Virus record (IMG/VR): IMGVR_UViG_2778261571_000002
Span: 1-12,378 of that record
From: a virus
Lineage: Duplodnaviria > Heunggongvirae > Uroviricota > Caudoviricetes
Length of the DNA stretch: 12,378 nucleotides
Reading direction: 5' to 3' (one strand)
Below, piece after piece: positions 1-7,847 of the stretch. The position numbers were made by a program, and so were the translations under genes. The notes under the pieces were generated by a model that was given only the letters and a program-made list of their open reading frames with translations, did no database searches and had not been told where the DNA came from. Positions within the stretch are counted from its first letter, which is position 1, and each line of letters opens with the position of its first letter.

Positions 1-94
1 ATCCATCACCGTTGTTGCTCCCGGCAATAATGTCAGGGTGATTTCCGACTGCTTCTATCAGGTCGATGTTTCGCGTTGGTTTGAATGTAATCAT
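1..94 (-). CDS. gp14-like virion/ejection protein, N-terminal fragment only (continues beyond window start)
   Basis: ATG at 94..92 overlaps the gp26 TGA stop (ATGA), and the frame stays open to the window edge ([31 protein letters not shown]...). Position immediately after gp26 matches the P22 order 10-26-14. Call is by synteny only; too short for a family assignment. Confidence 0.4.
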   Translation of the reverse strand, partial: MITFKPTRNIDLIEAVGNHPDIIAGSNNGDG

Positions 95-795
95 CAGTCA
101 ATCAGCCCATGTAATCTAAGTGCTGTTTCAAGCGCCAGAATACGCTGCCGCGCCTGCTGCAAACCTGTAGCGAGAGCTGCGACTTCGGATTGTGTGTACG
201 TAGTGCCGACCGTGTATGACTGGTTAGCGTTGAATGAGCCAAGAAGTGGCGTACCTGTGGCTGCAGTCCATCCGGTATTTCTTGCTCCAACAACCTGAAT
301 TCCATCAACTGAATATGATGTTTTTACATCCAGCGGTGACTCAAGAGACTGCAATTCGGTTACGGTTTTCGATACGTAATCACTCTTAATGCCAGAGACA
401 TCGTTTTCTACGTCATCCAGTCTTTGGTCAACAGTGACCAGATGCGCCTGAATATCGATAACCTCATCCAGCAAGTAATCAACATCGCTACGCAGTACGA
501 CTATCTTCCCTTCGGCGGTTGTTAACCTGACCTCAAGGAGATTTATCGCTTTTGTGTTTGCGGTGATTCTTGCGTCGTGATCAGCCAGTTCGACGTCCTG
601 TTCATCGTTTTTTACCTGGGCATCGTAAGCGCCCTGACCAGCCTGATTTGCCTTCCCGGCAATTGCGCCGACATCAGCTCCCTGATTTATGACATACAGC
701 AGGTAAGACTGGCTGAATATATTGCGTGGCAAAATTGAAGCATCGAGGCGCGTAGCCTGAACCACGACAGGATCATTCAGTGATGAATCAACCAT
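94..795 (-). CDS. tail needle / cell-envelope-penetrating protein (P22 gp26-like), 233 aa
   Basis: The N-terminus ([25 protein letters not shown]...[31 protein letters not shown]) and the middle heptad-like coiled-coil segment match what I recall of P22 gp26. Length equals P22 gp26. Sits directly after gp10, as in P22-like podoviruses. Confidence 0.8.
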   Translation of the reverse strand: MVDSSLNDPVVVQATRLDASILPRNIFSQSYLLYVINQGADVGAIAGKANQAGQGAYDAQVKNDEQDVELADHDARITANTKAINLLEVRLTTAEGKIVVLRSDVDYLLDEVIDIQAHLVTVDQRLDDVENDVSGIKSDYVSKTVTELQSLESPLDVKTSYSVDGIQVVGARNTGWTAATGTPLLGSFNANQSYTVGTTYTQSEVAALATGLQQARQRILALETALRLHGLID

Positions 796-1289
796 TACTC
801 AATCCTCTGCCTTGCAAACTCTCCAAAATTTTCTGCTCTTGCCATCATTGATGCTGAGATAGCTTCGTCCAGGTCATCGAAGCATCCAACGTGAACCTGT
901 TTTTTATTTTTCTTGAAAGAAACAGTCCACTTGCAGAGATTTTTGTGCCAACAGACACCAGGATATCCTGACTTATTATTTCTTTGAATATTCCTGTTCA
1001 TCCCATTCTGGGATCTATTTGCCAATCTTAAATTTGAAAATCTGTTATCCGTTCTGTCTCCGTTAATATGATCTATTAAGCAATTTGCAGGTTTTCCTGT
1101 CATATAAAACCAAGCAAGCCTATGCGCTAAGTATCTCTTACCACAGACCATTATCCTTAAATAACCAGTGCACATGGTTCCCGCTTCATCACCAACGGTG
1201 ACGCTCGCTGTATTTGATATTTTTCGGGTAAAAACCCCGGTTTCTGGGTCATATGATAAATGACGCTTCAACTCTTCATGTGAAATCAT
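795..1289 (-). CDS. HNH homing endonuclease with C-terminal AP2-type DNA-binding domain, 164 aa
   Basis: HNH motif ...[26 protein letters not shown]... followed by an AP2-like segment [37 protein letters not shown]. The gene is visibly more AT-rich than its neighbours. Start is 2 nt after the gp10 stop and the stop overlaps the gp26 ATG (TAATG). GGAG Shine-Dalgarno lies about 6 nt upstream. Confidence 0.85.
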   Translation of the reverse strand: MISHEELKRHLSYDPETGVFTRKISNTASVTVGDEAGTMCTGYLRIMVCGKRYLAHRLAWFYMTGKPANCLIDHINGDRTDNRFSNLRLANRSQNGMNRNIQRNNKSGYPGVCWHKNLCKWTVSFKKNKKQVHVGCFDDLDEAISASMMARAENFGEFARQRIE

Positions 1290-1291
1290 TA

Positions 1292-2710
1292 TTACTCCAG
1301 CCTAATAGAGCAGCCTGAGAGAGTGACTGGTGACTTCGTAATAACGCGCAATTTGAAGCCGACATTTTTCCTGATGCGTCCGACACGCTTCCACAAAACG
1401 CGTTTGTCGTAAACGAACGGTTCATTCTGCTCAATCATCTGCTCACGTCCGTAATTGATGCCGTCAGTGGTTGCAGAGAGAAAAAGGCGGTCAGCATACT
1501 GCGCAACGCCAGTTGACGACTCAACTTCAAGGTCGAAAACTCTGGCGTTATCCGCTTTGAACAACGGAGTAAACAGCAGGTGCTCCTGCTGCTTGTCGTA
1601 CTGGCTGCTGATATCGAATTGCAGTTTCCCGGTCACGGATTCCAGCTTATCGCCGCACGTTATCTGATTGCCTTCGTAAATGAAGTCGATAGCGCGGTAC
1701 ACATCGTCATACAGGCCTGTTTTCAGTACACACCATTGCGGACCATTGGCGCTTGAAGATGCGTCGTACACCAGAACATGGCGCGGAAGATGGATAATCA
1801 GCAACTCATGCGCATCAAACCGCAGCGATTCCATCACGCCATCAGCCAGTTCATCAGCAGTGTAGGAGCGAAGAATTTTCTCAATGCTCGCGCTGGCGAT
1901 TGGTGACACCTGACCGGAGCCGATGATATACACAGACGGCGCACCTGTTGCCGGATTGCTGATGAATGCATACGAATCAGCAAACGGCGTTTTGCAGTAA
2001 GTCCCGGCAATACCTTTCTGCACCATCAGCGATGGCTGTGCGACATACAAAGCGGCACCAACAGTGGTTGCACCAGTCAGGGAGAAATATTCAATCGTCG
2101 ATGAACCAAAGCAGACGATGAAGTCTCGCCATGTGCCGATGCCGATGATGCCGTCCGGCTGCGATTCTGCGCGATATTGTGCGCTGTAACGGTCAGGATG
2201 CGATTCGTCTTCAAGGTCAGTGATAAACCATGAATCAGTTCCGTCTTTTGACCACGCATAACGCCCACGTAAGCGCGTAATGTCGCGGACTGAGCCTAAC
2301 TCATACTGAGTGAATCCGCTGTCTGTAGGCCAGTTTGAGACGGTTTTGACCGCGCCATCATAACGATACTCGACCAGTTGACCATTAACGCCTACCGCCT
2401 GTGATGTCCGCCCATGCGCCATTGATACGCGACCACTTCCGGCAACATCACCGACTTCGCTTTCGCCCTTATACAGCTTGCCACCACACACGCGATAAAC
2501 AGCATTCTGCGCCATGTTGTACTCGACGCCTCGAGATACACCGTTCACATCAGAACGTTTGGCAATGCCCGGGAATGAGCGAAGATATCCGCTGCTGTTC
2601 AGGATTTCTTTGGGTGTAGCCAACATATTCGCTGGCAGATAGTCGATATAGTCGGCGTTTCGAAAGTCTTTGCCGACACCTTTCATAAGCGGAAGTTGCT
2701 GAATCGGCAT
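1292..2710 (-). CDS. tail accessory factor / tail hub protein (P22 gp10-like), 472 aa
   Basis: Sequence agrees along its length with what I recall of P22 gp10 (MPIQQLPLMKGVGKDF...NMLATPKEILNSSGYLRSFPGI...VITKSPVTLSGCSIRLE), and the length is the same. Located between the gp4-like and gp26-like genes. Confidence 0.9.
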   Translation of the reverse strand: MPIQQLPLMKGVGKDFRNADYIDYLPANMLATPKEILNSSGYLRSFPGIAKRSDVNGVSRGVEYNMAQNAVYRVCGGKLYKGESEVGDVAGSGRVSMAHGRTSQAVGVNGQLVEYRYDGAVKTVSNWPTDSGFTQYELGSVRDITRLRGRYAWSKDGTDSWFITDLEDESHPDRYSAQYRAESQPDGIIGIGTWRDFIVCFGSSTIEYFSLTGATTVGAALYVAQPSLMVQKGIAGTYCKTPFADSYAFISNPATGAPSVYIIGSGQVSPIASASIEKILRSYTADELADGVMESLRFDAHELLIIHLPRHVLVYDASSSANGPQWCVLKTGLYDDVYRAIDFIYEGNQITCGDKLESVTGKLQFDISSQYDKQQEHLLFTPLFKADNARVFDLEVESSTGVAQYADRLFLSATTDGINYGREQMIEQNEPFVYDKRVLWKRVGRIRKNVGFKLRVITKSPVTLSGCSIRLE

Positions 2711-2719
2711 TTATTCACC

Positions 2720-3181
2720 TCACGTACTCGGATCATCTTTCTCGATGTAAAACCGATTCCACGTAAACGCGCTTTTGTTACCACTACCGCGAGGCATGTC
2801 ATTTCGCCGCTCAAGTGGTGGTATTTTGGTTAAAGCGATGCAGATTGTCTGATATGCACTGTCAGCAGCGGTAAGGAGAGCGTCTGACGGCTGAATGACG
2901 TTATCCATGCACACTTGCACAGCGAGTTTCAAAGCGACGCCATCATTTGCCCATGCAGGGATACCTGAATCATCGTCAGGTAACGGCATGATGCCGTTTT
3001 CTGTATCAGCAAACTGATACCCAAGCTCGATACCTTTCGCCTGCCATGCTGCCATCATGTCTTCGAGGTCATTAATGGCATCTTCAATTGCCTGAGGGTC
3101 AGCATCTGTCAACGTGGCATTGGAATACAGCCCGGCTTTTCGTAAAGCCTTAAGAACGAGATCACCCTTCGTTTTCGCCAT
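2720..3181 (-). CDS. head-to-tail adaptor / head completion protein (P22 gp4-like), 153 aa
   Basis: N-terminus MAKTKGDLVLKALRKAGLYSNATLTDADPQAIEDAINDLEDMMAAWQ resembles the P22 gp4 N-terminus (KTKGDLV..ALRK.G..S.ATLTD). C-terminal ...PRGSGNKSAFTWNRFY is also similar. Syntenic position between coat and gp10. Confidence 0.85.
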   Translation of the reverse strand: MAKTKGDLVLKALRKAGLYSNATLTDADPQAIEDAINDLEDMMAAWQAKGIELGYQFADTENGIMPLPDDDSGIPAWANDGVALKLAVQVCMDNVIQPSDALLTAADSAYQTICIALTKIPPLERRNDMPRGSGNKSAFTWNRFYIEKDDPST

Positions 3182-3350
3182 CTTCTTCCGCCTTAGCCAC
3201 TTTATGCTTCGTTGCGGTTTCTTCAGGAGTTTTTACCCAGCCTTTTTTCAGGTGAGATTTAACTTCTTCGTCATCAACAATGATGTAATCGACAGCAAAC
3301 TGACCACAGGTGATCATGTTGCCCGGCTTATAGAGCATTGTTCGTGCCAT
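3162..3350 (-). CDS. small hypothetical virion-module protein, 62 aa (gp6-like position between coat and adaptor)
   Basis: The track ORF 3162..3389 runs through the coat terminator. The likelier start is the ATG at 3350 (MARTMLYKPGNMITCGQFAVDY...), preceded by GGAG about 7 nt upstream and lying just after the terminator. Its stop overlaps the gp4 start by 20 nt. Sf6-like phages carry a small gene at this position, as I recall. Confidence 0.45.
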   Translation of the reverse strand: MARTMLYKPGNMITCGQFAVDYIIVDDEEVKSHLKKGWVKTPEETATKHKVAKAEEDGENEG

Positions 3351-3360
3351 TGTCTTCTCC

Positions 3361-3388
3361 CAATAAAAATGGGGCCGAAGCCCCACCA
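3361..3388 (-). terminator. rho-independent terminator immediately downstream of the coat gene
   Basis: On the minus strand: GGGGC-UUCG-GCCCC hairpin (plus 3371..3384) followed by AUUUUUAUU, starting a few nt after the coat TAA (3392..3394). Confidence 0.75.
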
Positions 3389-3391
3389 AAA

Positions 3392-4645
3392 TTACTGCCC
3401 GGCAATAACGATGCCCGTATATTCAGGAACAAGTACAGAGCAACCGTACAGAGTGGTGAAACGAGCAGTGGTTACGCCTTTGATGTGGTCGAAGGCGTAA
3501 GACATGATCAGCGTAGCGCCCTGCTCGGTGGTTGCTGTCATTACCTGTGGACCCTGACCAGTCGGGAATGCCAGTTTGCCGTACATCAGTTCAACAGAAC
3601 CATCAGCCCAGAATAGGTTAGCCGGTGCTGCGTTCTTGTTGAGAATGGTGATTGCTGCTGATTCTGCCGGTTTGGCATCGACGTTTGCATATGGACGACT
3701 CGCAACATCAGTATTTTCAACAGGGAGAATCTTTGGAGAAATTGTTACGGTAGTTCCGCTAACAGCCAGAACACGGAATACCTGCGGTTGCCCGGTGGTA
3801 TCTTTTGTGATCTGGTGTACGGAATTCACACCGGCAATGGTGAACGCATCACCAACCTGCAAGCCAGATGCAGATACCGTAATAGTCCCCTGTCGGTTAT
3901 CAACTGGCATACCATTTGAATCTTTCGCTTCAACCTTGTGTTCAGGTTGGCCTGATACTGTCAAGGATTCAGTGCTTCCTTTCGGTAATCGACCAGAAAT
4001 ATCGGTCTTGTAGCTATCAAAGGACGCAACAGGAGGGATCTGCGCTTTTTCGTATGCTGTCAGGGTTGCGCCCTGAGCATAGGCACGGTGACCAAGCTCG
4101 CCAGCAAGGTCTTTGTAGTTGAAGGGGTTCCAGAAAGAGCGACGGTTGATACCCTGCGGTACACCTATCGCCGTCATGGTGGCATCAATACCTGCCGCAC
4201 AGTTCCACAAATCACGGCCCTGTGAACCAGTGGTTGAGTCAGCCATTGTGATCACGTTAGTAGCACGCTGCGTGACCATGGAAATCAGGTCAGAGTCAAT
4301 CTGTGCAGCAAGGCGCATACCTGCGGCGCGACCAGCTTCAGTTTTATGTTCCGGGTCACGCATTTCACGCGCATCCAGAGTGTACAGAATGTTTTTCGGC
4401 TCCTTGAACACAGAAGGAACAAGGCGCTGAACCAGTGCTGTAGGCGTTTTGCTGCTGAGATCGAGGCCTTCCTCAATGTTCATGTGGTAATGCTGCGGAC
4501 GATACAGAACATCACCTGCTCGCTGCATTGCTGTATCACCGGGACGGAATTTTTTAGCGTTACGGGAAACTACGCAGGCGGCCTCAAAGCCTTCAACGTA
4601 GTTTTCGAACATGATTTCAAGGTCTTTTGCTAATTGGTTAGCCAT
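3392..4645 (-). CDS. major capsid (coat) protein, P22 gp5 / Sf6 gp5-like, 417 aa
   Basis: Collinear similarity to the P22 coat protein as I recall it (e.g. ...TITVSASGLQVGDAFTIAGV...RPYANVDAKPAESAAITILNKNAAPANLFWADGSVELMYGK versus the P22 ...RAYANVNT...NVFWADDAIRIV region). GGAG RBS upstream. Followed by a strong terminator, as expected for a highly expressed coat gene. Confidence 0.9.
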   Translation of the reverse strand: MANQLAKDLEIMFENYVEGFEAACVVSRNAKKFRPGDTAMQRAGDVLYRPQHYHMNIEEGLDLSSKTPTALVQRLVPSVFKEPKNILYTLDAREMRDPEHKTEAGRAAGMRLAAQIDSDLISMVTQRATNVITMADSTTGSQGRDLWNCAAGIDATMTAIGVPQGINRRSFWNPFNYKDLAGELGHRAYAQGATLTAYEKAQIPPVASFDSYKTDISGRLPKGSTESLTVSGQPEHKVEAKDSNGMPVDNRQGTITVSASGLQVGDAFTIAGVNSVHQITKDTTGQPQVFRVLAVSGTTVTISPKILPVENTDVASRPYANVDAKPAESAAITILNKNAAPANLFWADGSVELMYGKLAFPTGQGPQVMTATTEQGATLIMSYAFDHIKGVTTARFTTLYGCSVLVPEYTGIVIAGQ

Positions 4646-4663
4646 GCTTAATGCTCCGATAGG

Positions 4664-5557
4664 TTATTTTTTTGCCTTTTTAGCGGCGAAATACGGCGTC
4701 CAGTCACCAGTTTCCAGCGCCTTGGCTTTCAATTTGTCGAGGTTGTTGATTACTGCGCCGTTGCTCCCCTTAACTGTCGGGGTTGTGGCTGCCGTGGTTT
4801 TTGCTTTTGGCATGATTCTGGCCTTCGATTCGATACGTTCCAGCAGACGACCAATTGCTACGGGGTTGGTAGCTTCTGCCAGTTGCTTGCGCAGTTCAGC
4901 GTTGCGACCGAGTGCCAGAACAACGATTTCCGGCTTCTCTGACTCAAACAGGATCGCGTTTTGTGTCTCGATGGGGACTTCCTCGAGTACGGCCTGTTCT
5001 GCTTCCTGATAGCCAGGAACCTTGAGAGCCTTAACACGTTGCTGATATTTGGATAATCGCTCTTGATAGGCAGCCTGAAGCTCCTGCTCCTTCTGCTTGC
5101 GAGCCATCTCCTGTTGCTGGTACTTGCCGTTATCCTCTGCCCACTTAGCCATGCGTTGCTGGTAGATTTCTTCATCGAAACCGATGTCCTCATCGTCCAG
5201 TTTTGGCATTCGCGGTGGTTGAGTGATTACCGGCTGCTGCTCGACGGGTTTCTGAGACTGACGCATCAGCTCTTTCAGCTCGCGGTCTTTCTCTTTAATC
5301 GTCTTGCGAAGGTGTTTTACCAGTCCATGCTCTGCACCATCTTCGCTGGTTGGCGAATCCAGCTTTTCGTCACCAAAGTAGAATTCCTGTTCTGATTCGT
5401 CGTCATCAGTTTCAGTAGCTTCCTCTGCATCATTGCCGGAGGACTCACTGCCATCTTCTGTTTCGACTTCTTCAGCCAGTTCGACATCATCAGGAATCTG
5501 CTCTGACGCGTCGGTTTCGATTTCAACTTCTGGTGTGTTTTCTGCCATCTGGTCCAT
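4664..5557 (-). CDS. scaffolding protein (P22 gp8-like position), 297 aa
   Basis: Lies between portal and coat. Strongly acidic, low-complexity N-terminal segment, then a central charged helical region (KEKDRELKELMRQ..., QQQEMARKQKEQELQAAYQERLSKYQQRVKALK), then a basic C-terminal tail (...YFAAKKAKK) consistent with a coat-binding helix-turn-helix. Length is typical for scaffold proteins. Confidence 0.75.
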   Translation of the reverse strand: MDQMAENTPEVEIETDASEQIPDDVELAEEVETEDGSESSGNDAEEATETDDDESEQEFYFGDEKLDSPTSEDGAEHGLVKHLRKTIKEKDRELKELMRQSQKPVEQQPVITQPPRMPKLDDEDIGFDEEIYQQRMAKWAEDNGKYQQQEMARKQKEQELQAAYQERLSKYQQRVKALKVPGYQEAEQAVLEEVPIETQNAILFESEKPEIVVLALGRNAELRKQLAEATNPVAIGRLLERIESKARIMPKAKTTAATTPTVKGSNGAVINNLDKLKAKALETGDWTPYFAAKKAKK

Positions 5558-5647
5558 TTGTTACCCCTGTTTACTCGATGTTCAGCCCATCGGAAGGCAA
5601 TAGGGTGCCAGGCCTCATAAAGACAGCCATTGCACGTTATGGGTTAA

Positions 5648-7846
5648 TTACTGCTGTGGTTGTTGCTGAGTTGATTTTTGCAGGATGCTGCTGATGTCCA
5701 TGCGCTGCGCATGGCCCTGTGCCTGACTTTTCAGGACAAGCTCTGCATCAGCACGGGCATTGTCTCCTTGCTGTTGCTGGAACTGTCCGAGCAGTTTCAG
5801 AGCCTCGCGGATATCAGATTTCTGCTGGCTATCGGCAGATGCGAGGATTTTCACAACATTTGCCGCTGCAACCTGAGCATCAGTCTGTGCCTGGAATGCT
5901 TTAACCTGAATGGCTGCCTGTTCGTTCTGCGCTTTCTGCAATTCAGCCTGACCAGCAAGAAGCTGACCTTGCGCAGCAACCATAGCCGGATCTGGCTGAC
6001 TGGCCTGTTGTTGTTTCGCCTGTTCAACCATCTGCTGTTCTTCAGGCGTTCTCGGCTTGATAACGCCAGACAGAAGCAACTGATTGCGGTTGTATTCTTT
6101 AAGGTCGTCCATCCCTTCGCCGTCCATATTGTCGAGAATCATCGACGATACAAGGTCATGCTTCGGCGTTCCTGGTGGGATAAGTGCCAGCATGGAAAGT
6201 AACGACTTAACCGTTGCATCACGGCGAGTAGCGAACGACTGACCGACATCGACAGTCACTTCATAGTTACCCTGCGAAAGGTCGTTAAGCGCGATAACCT
6301 GCCCTGTCTGACGGTCAACCACTTCACCAGTCATCAGCGCCACGTCATCGCTGCCATCCTCATTAACGATGCGCATTGGCGTATCGCTGCCATAGACTTC
6401 ACGAGCCATAGAAAGCCACACGACGCCAGCACGGCGCATGGATTTAGCCATGTTGTCCATGTAGATATAGGACTGCGTGTCCATCCTGTTAAAAATGCTA
6501 TCAACGGTATCGGTGGCGACGTTGCTCGGCATGTTCTCAAACTGCGACGCACCTGTAATTTGCTGAATAGCCGTTCCGGTGTACTGCAATAGCCCGGCAA
6601 GAGCTGGAGGCATTTGTGTCGGAGGCGTATAACTGCTGACCTGAGCCTGCGCTGTAATATCTCCGTTTTTGTTTTTCAGACTGACCATCGGCAGGAACGC
6701 CGGGCGCTTTTTGTTTCGCTCCGCCCAATGAGTGGCGAGAGTACCAGGAATCATGTCAACATCAACTACAGGAATGCCATCACCGCCAGCCTGAGTAGCG
6801 TTATCTGCAATCATGGAAACCATCAGGTTCTCAAGACGCTGCGCATCCATCGCTTTTGCTGCGTGGCCTTCGATTCGCTCCTGATTATCAACAAATGAGC
6901 GACGCCCATATACCGGGATGAGAGGAATATGTTCGCCCGGAATACGCTTCGGTTCTTCCAGCCATTCAGCGCCAGACAGAAGACCGCAATAAACTCTGCG
7001 TTTCTTCACTGTCCGCTCACCAATCAGTTCGAATGCGCCATCGGTCAGCTCGTCGACAATATCTTTGATTTGCTCTTCATCATAGATTGCCGTTTCTCCG
7101 CTAACAGGGTTACGCCACGCCGTGAGCTTCACTTTCTCTATGCGGACTTCGTAGTAACGTCCAACATAGATGGCATCAGGCGTTGACCAGTCATATTGAG
7201 TACCAGTGTCATCACGAGAAAGGCTTGCAGCGATGGAATCAGGGTATTCAGCTTCGAACGCTTTAGGCGTCATGGAGAACATTTCCATAGCCCACATAGC
7301 ATCAGAGCGGTCATATTGCTTGCTGTCCTGATCGAAGAAGACGCATGTCGCTGGGTCGTAAACAGGAAGAAGGCTTATACGGCGTTGCTCGTTACTCGGA
7401 TCCATTTCATCTTCGTAATCGGCACACATGCGGAAACAACCGAATCCGCCCGTTACAGCATCATCAAATGCGTTATCACACGCTTCGCCACCGGATGTTT
7501 CCTGATAGTCAGCGCGGAATTTGCCGTTCATCTTTTCGGCTAACGCTTCCGATGCCTTATCGTCCTTCGGCCTGAATTTAACGCTGATGCGATTCTGTCG
7601 ATACTCGCCAATGATGCGATCACATTCACGGGCAATCTTATTCAGTTCAAAGCGCGGATAATGCTCAAACCTGCCTTCATCAAATGAGTAACCAGCGTTT
7701 GTGCTGCCTTCCCACTGTGCGCCGGACACCCGGACGAAACGTTGAGCCTCAATAATCTGCTCACGCATATCCTGCGTTGCTGACCAGGCATTATCAAAGT
7801 TGCACAGCACCTTGCGATGCCAGTCAGTCATCTTTTTTTCTGCCAT
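5648..7846 (-). CDS. portal protein (P22 gp1-like), 732 aa
   Basis: Multiple blocks match the P22 portal as I recall it (YEVRIEKV...PVSGE...IKDIVDELTDGAF...KKRRVY...GEHIPLIPVYG; C-terminal ...PEEQQMVEQAKQQQASQPDPAMVAAQGQLLAGQAELQKAQN...ARADAELVLK...HAQRMDI...). Length is close to P22 gp1. Follows the large terminase with a 1-nt gap. Confidence 0.9.
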   Translation of the reverse strand: MAEKKMTDWHRKVLCNFDNAWSATQDMREQIIEAQRFVRVSGAQWEGSTNAGYSFDEGRFEHYPRFELNKIARECDRIIGEYRQNRISVKFRPKDDKASEALAEKMNGKFRADYQETSGGEACDNAFDDAVTGGFGCFRMCADYEDEMDPSNEQRRISLLPVYDPATCVFFDQDSKQYDRSDAMWAMEMFSMTPKAFEAEYPDSIAASLSRDDTGTQYDWSTPDAIYVGRYYEVRIEKVKLTAWRNPVSGETAIYDEEQIKDIVDELTDGAFELIGERTVKKRRVYCGLLSGAEWLEEPKRIPGEHIPLIPVYGRRSFVDNQERIEGHAAKAMDAQRLENLMVSMIADNATQAGGDGIPVVDVDMIPGTLATHWAERNKKRPAFLPMVSLKNKNGDITAQAQVSSYTPPTQMPPALAGLLQYTGTAIQQITGASQFENMPSNVATDTVDSIFNRMDTQSYIYMDNMAKSMRRAGVVWLSMAREVYGSDTPMRIVNEDGSDDVALMTGEVVDRQTGQVIALNDLSQGNYEVTVDVGQSFATRRDATVKSLLSMLALIPPGTPKHDLVSSMILDNMDGEGMDDLKEYNRNQLLLSGVIKPRTPEEQQMVEQAKQQQASQPDPAMVAAQGQLLAGQAELQKAQNEQAAIQVKAFQAQTDAQVAAANVVKILASADSQQKSDIREALKLLGQFQQQQGDNARADAELVLKSQAQGHAQRMDISSILQKSTQQQPQQ

Positions 7847-7847
7847 A

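Noticed and set aside
102-308. Minus-strand alternate-frame ORFs nested in real genes (102..308, 2077..2268, 4285..4476, 4858..5193, 5317..5526, 6334..6600, 8141..8434, 9325..9519)
   Set aside because: They overlap longer ORFs whose products match known phage proteins. Unlike Rz1, none shows a signal peptide, lipobox or other feature supporting a genuine embedded gene.
3162-3389. Longer 75-aa version of the small ORF downstream of coat, starting at 3389
   Set aside because: That start would place the coding sequence across the coat-gene terminator hairpin and overlap the coat stop. The internal ATG at 3350 has a GGAG RBS and lies just past the terminator, so the shorter form is preferred.
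3576-4013. Plus-strand ORFs (e.g. 3576..4013, 5678..6202, 6614..6898, 7196..7543, 7890..8354, 10662..11063) as possible genes
   Set aside because: Each lies antisense within a well-supported minus-strand gene (coat, portal, terminase, KilA-N). No RBS context or recognisable motifs; they are consistent with chance open frames opposite real genes.
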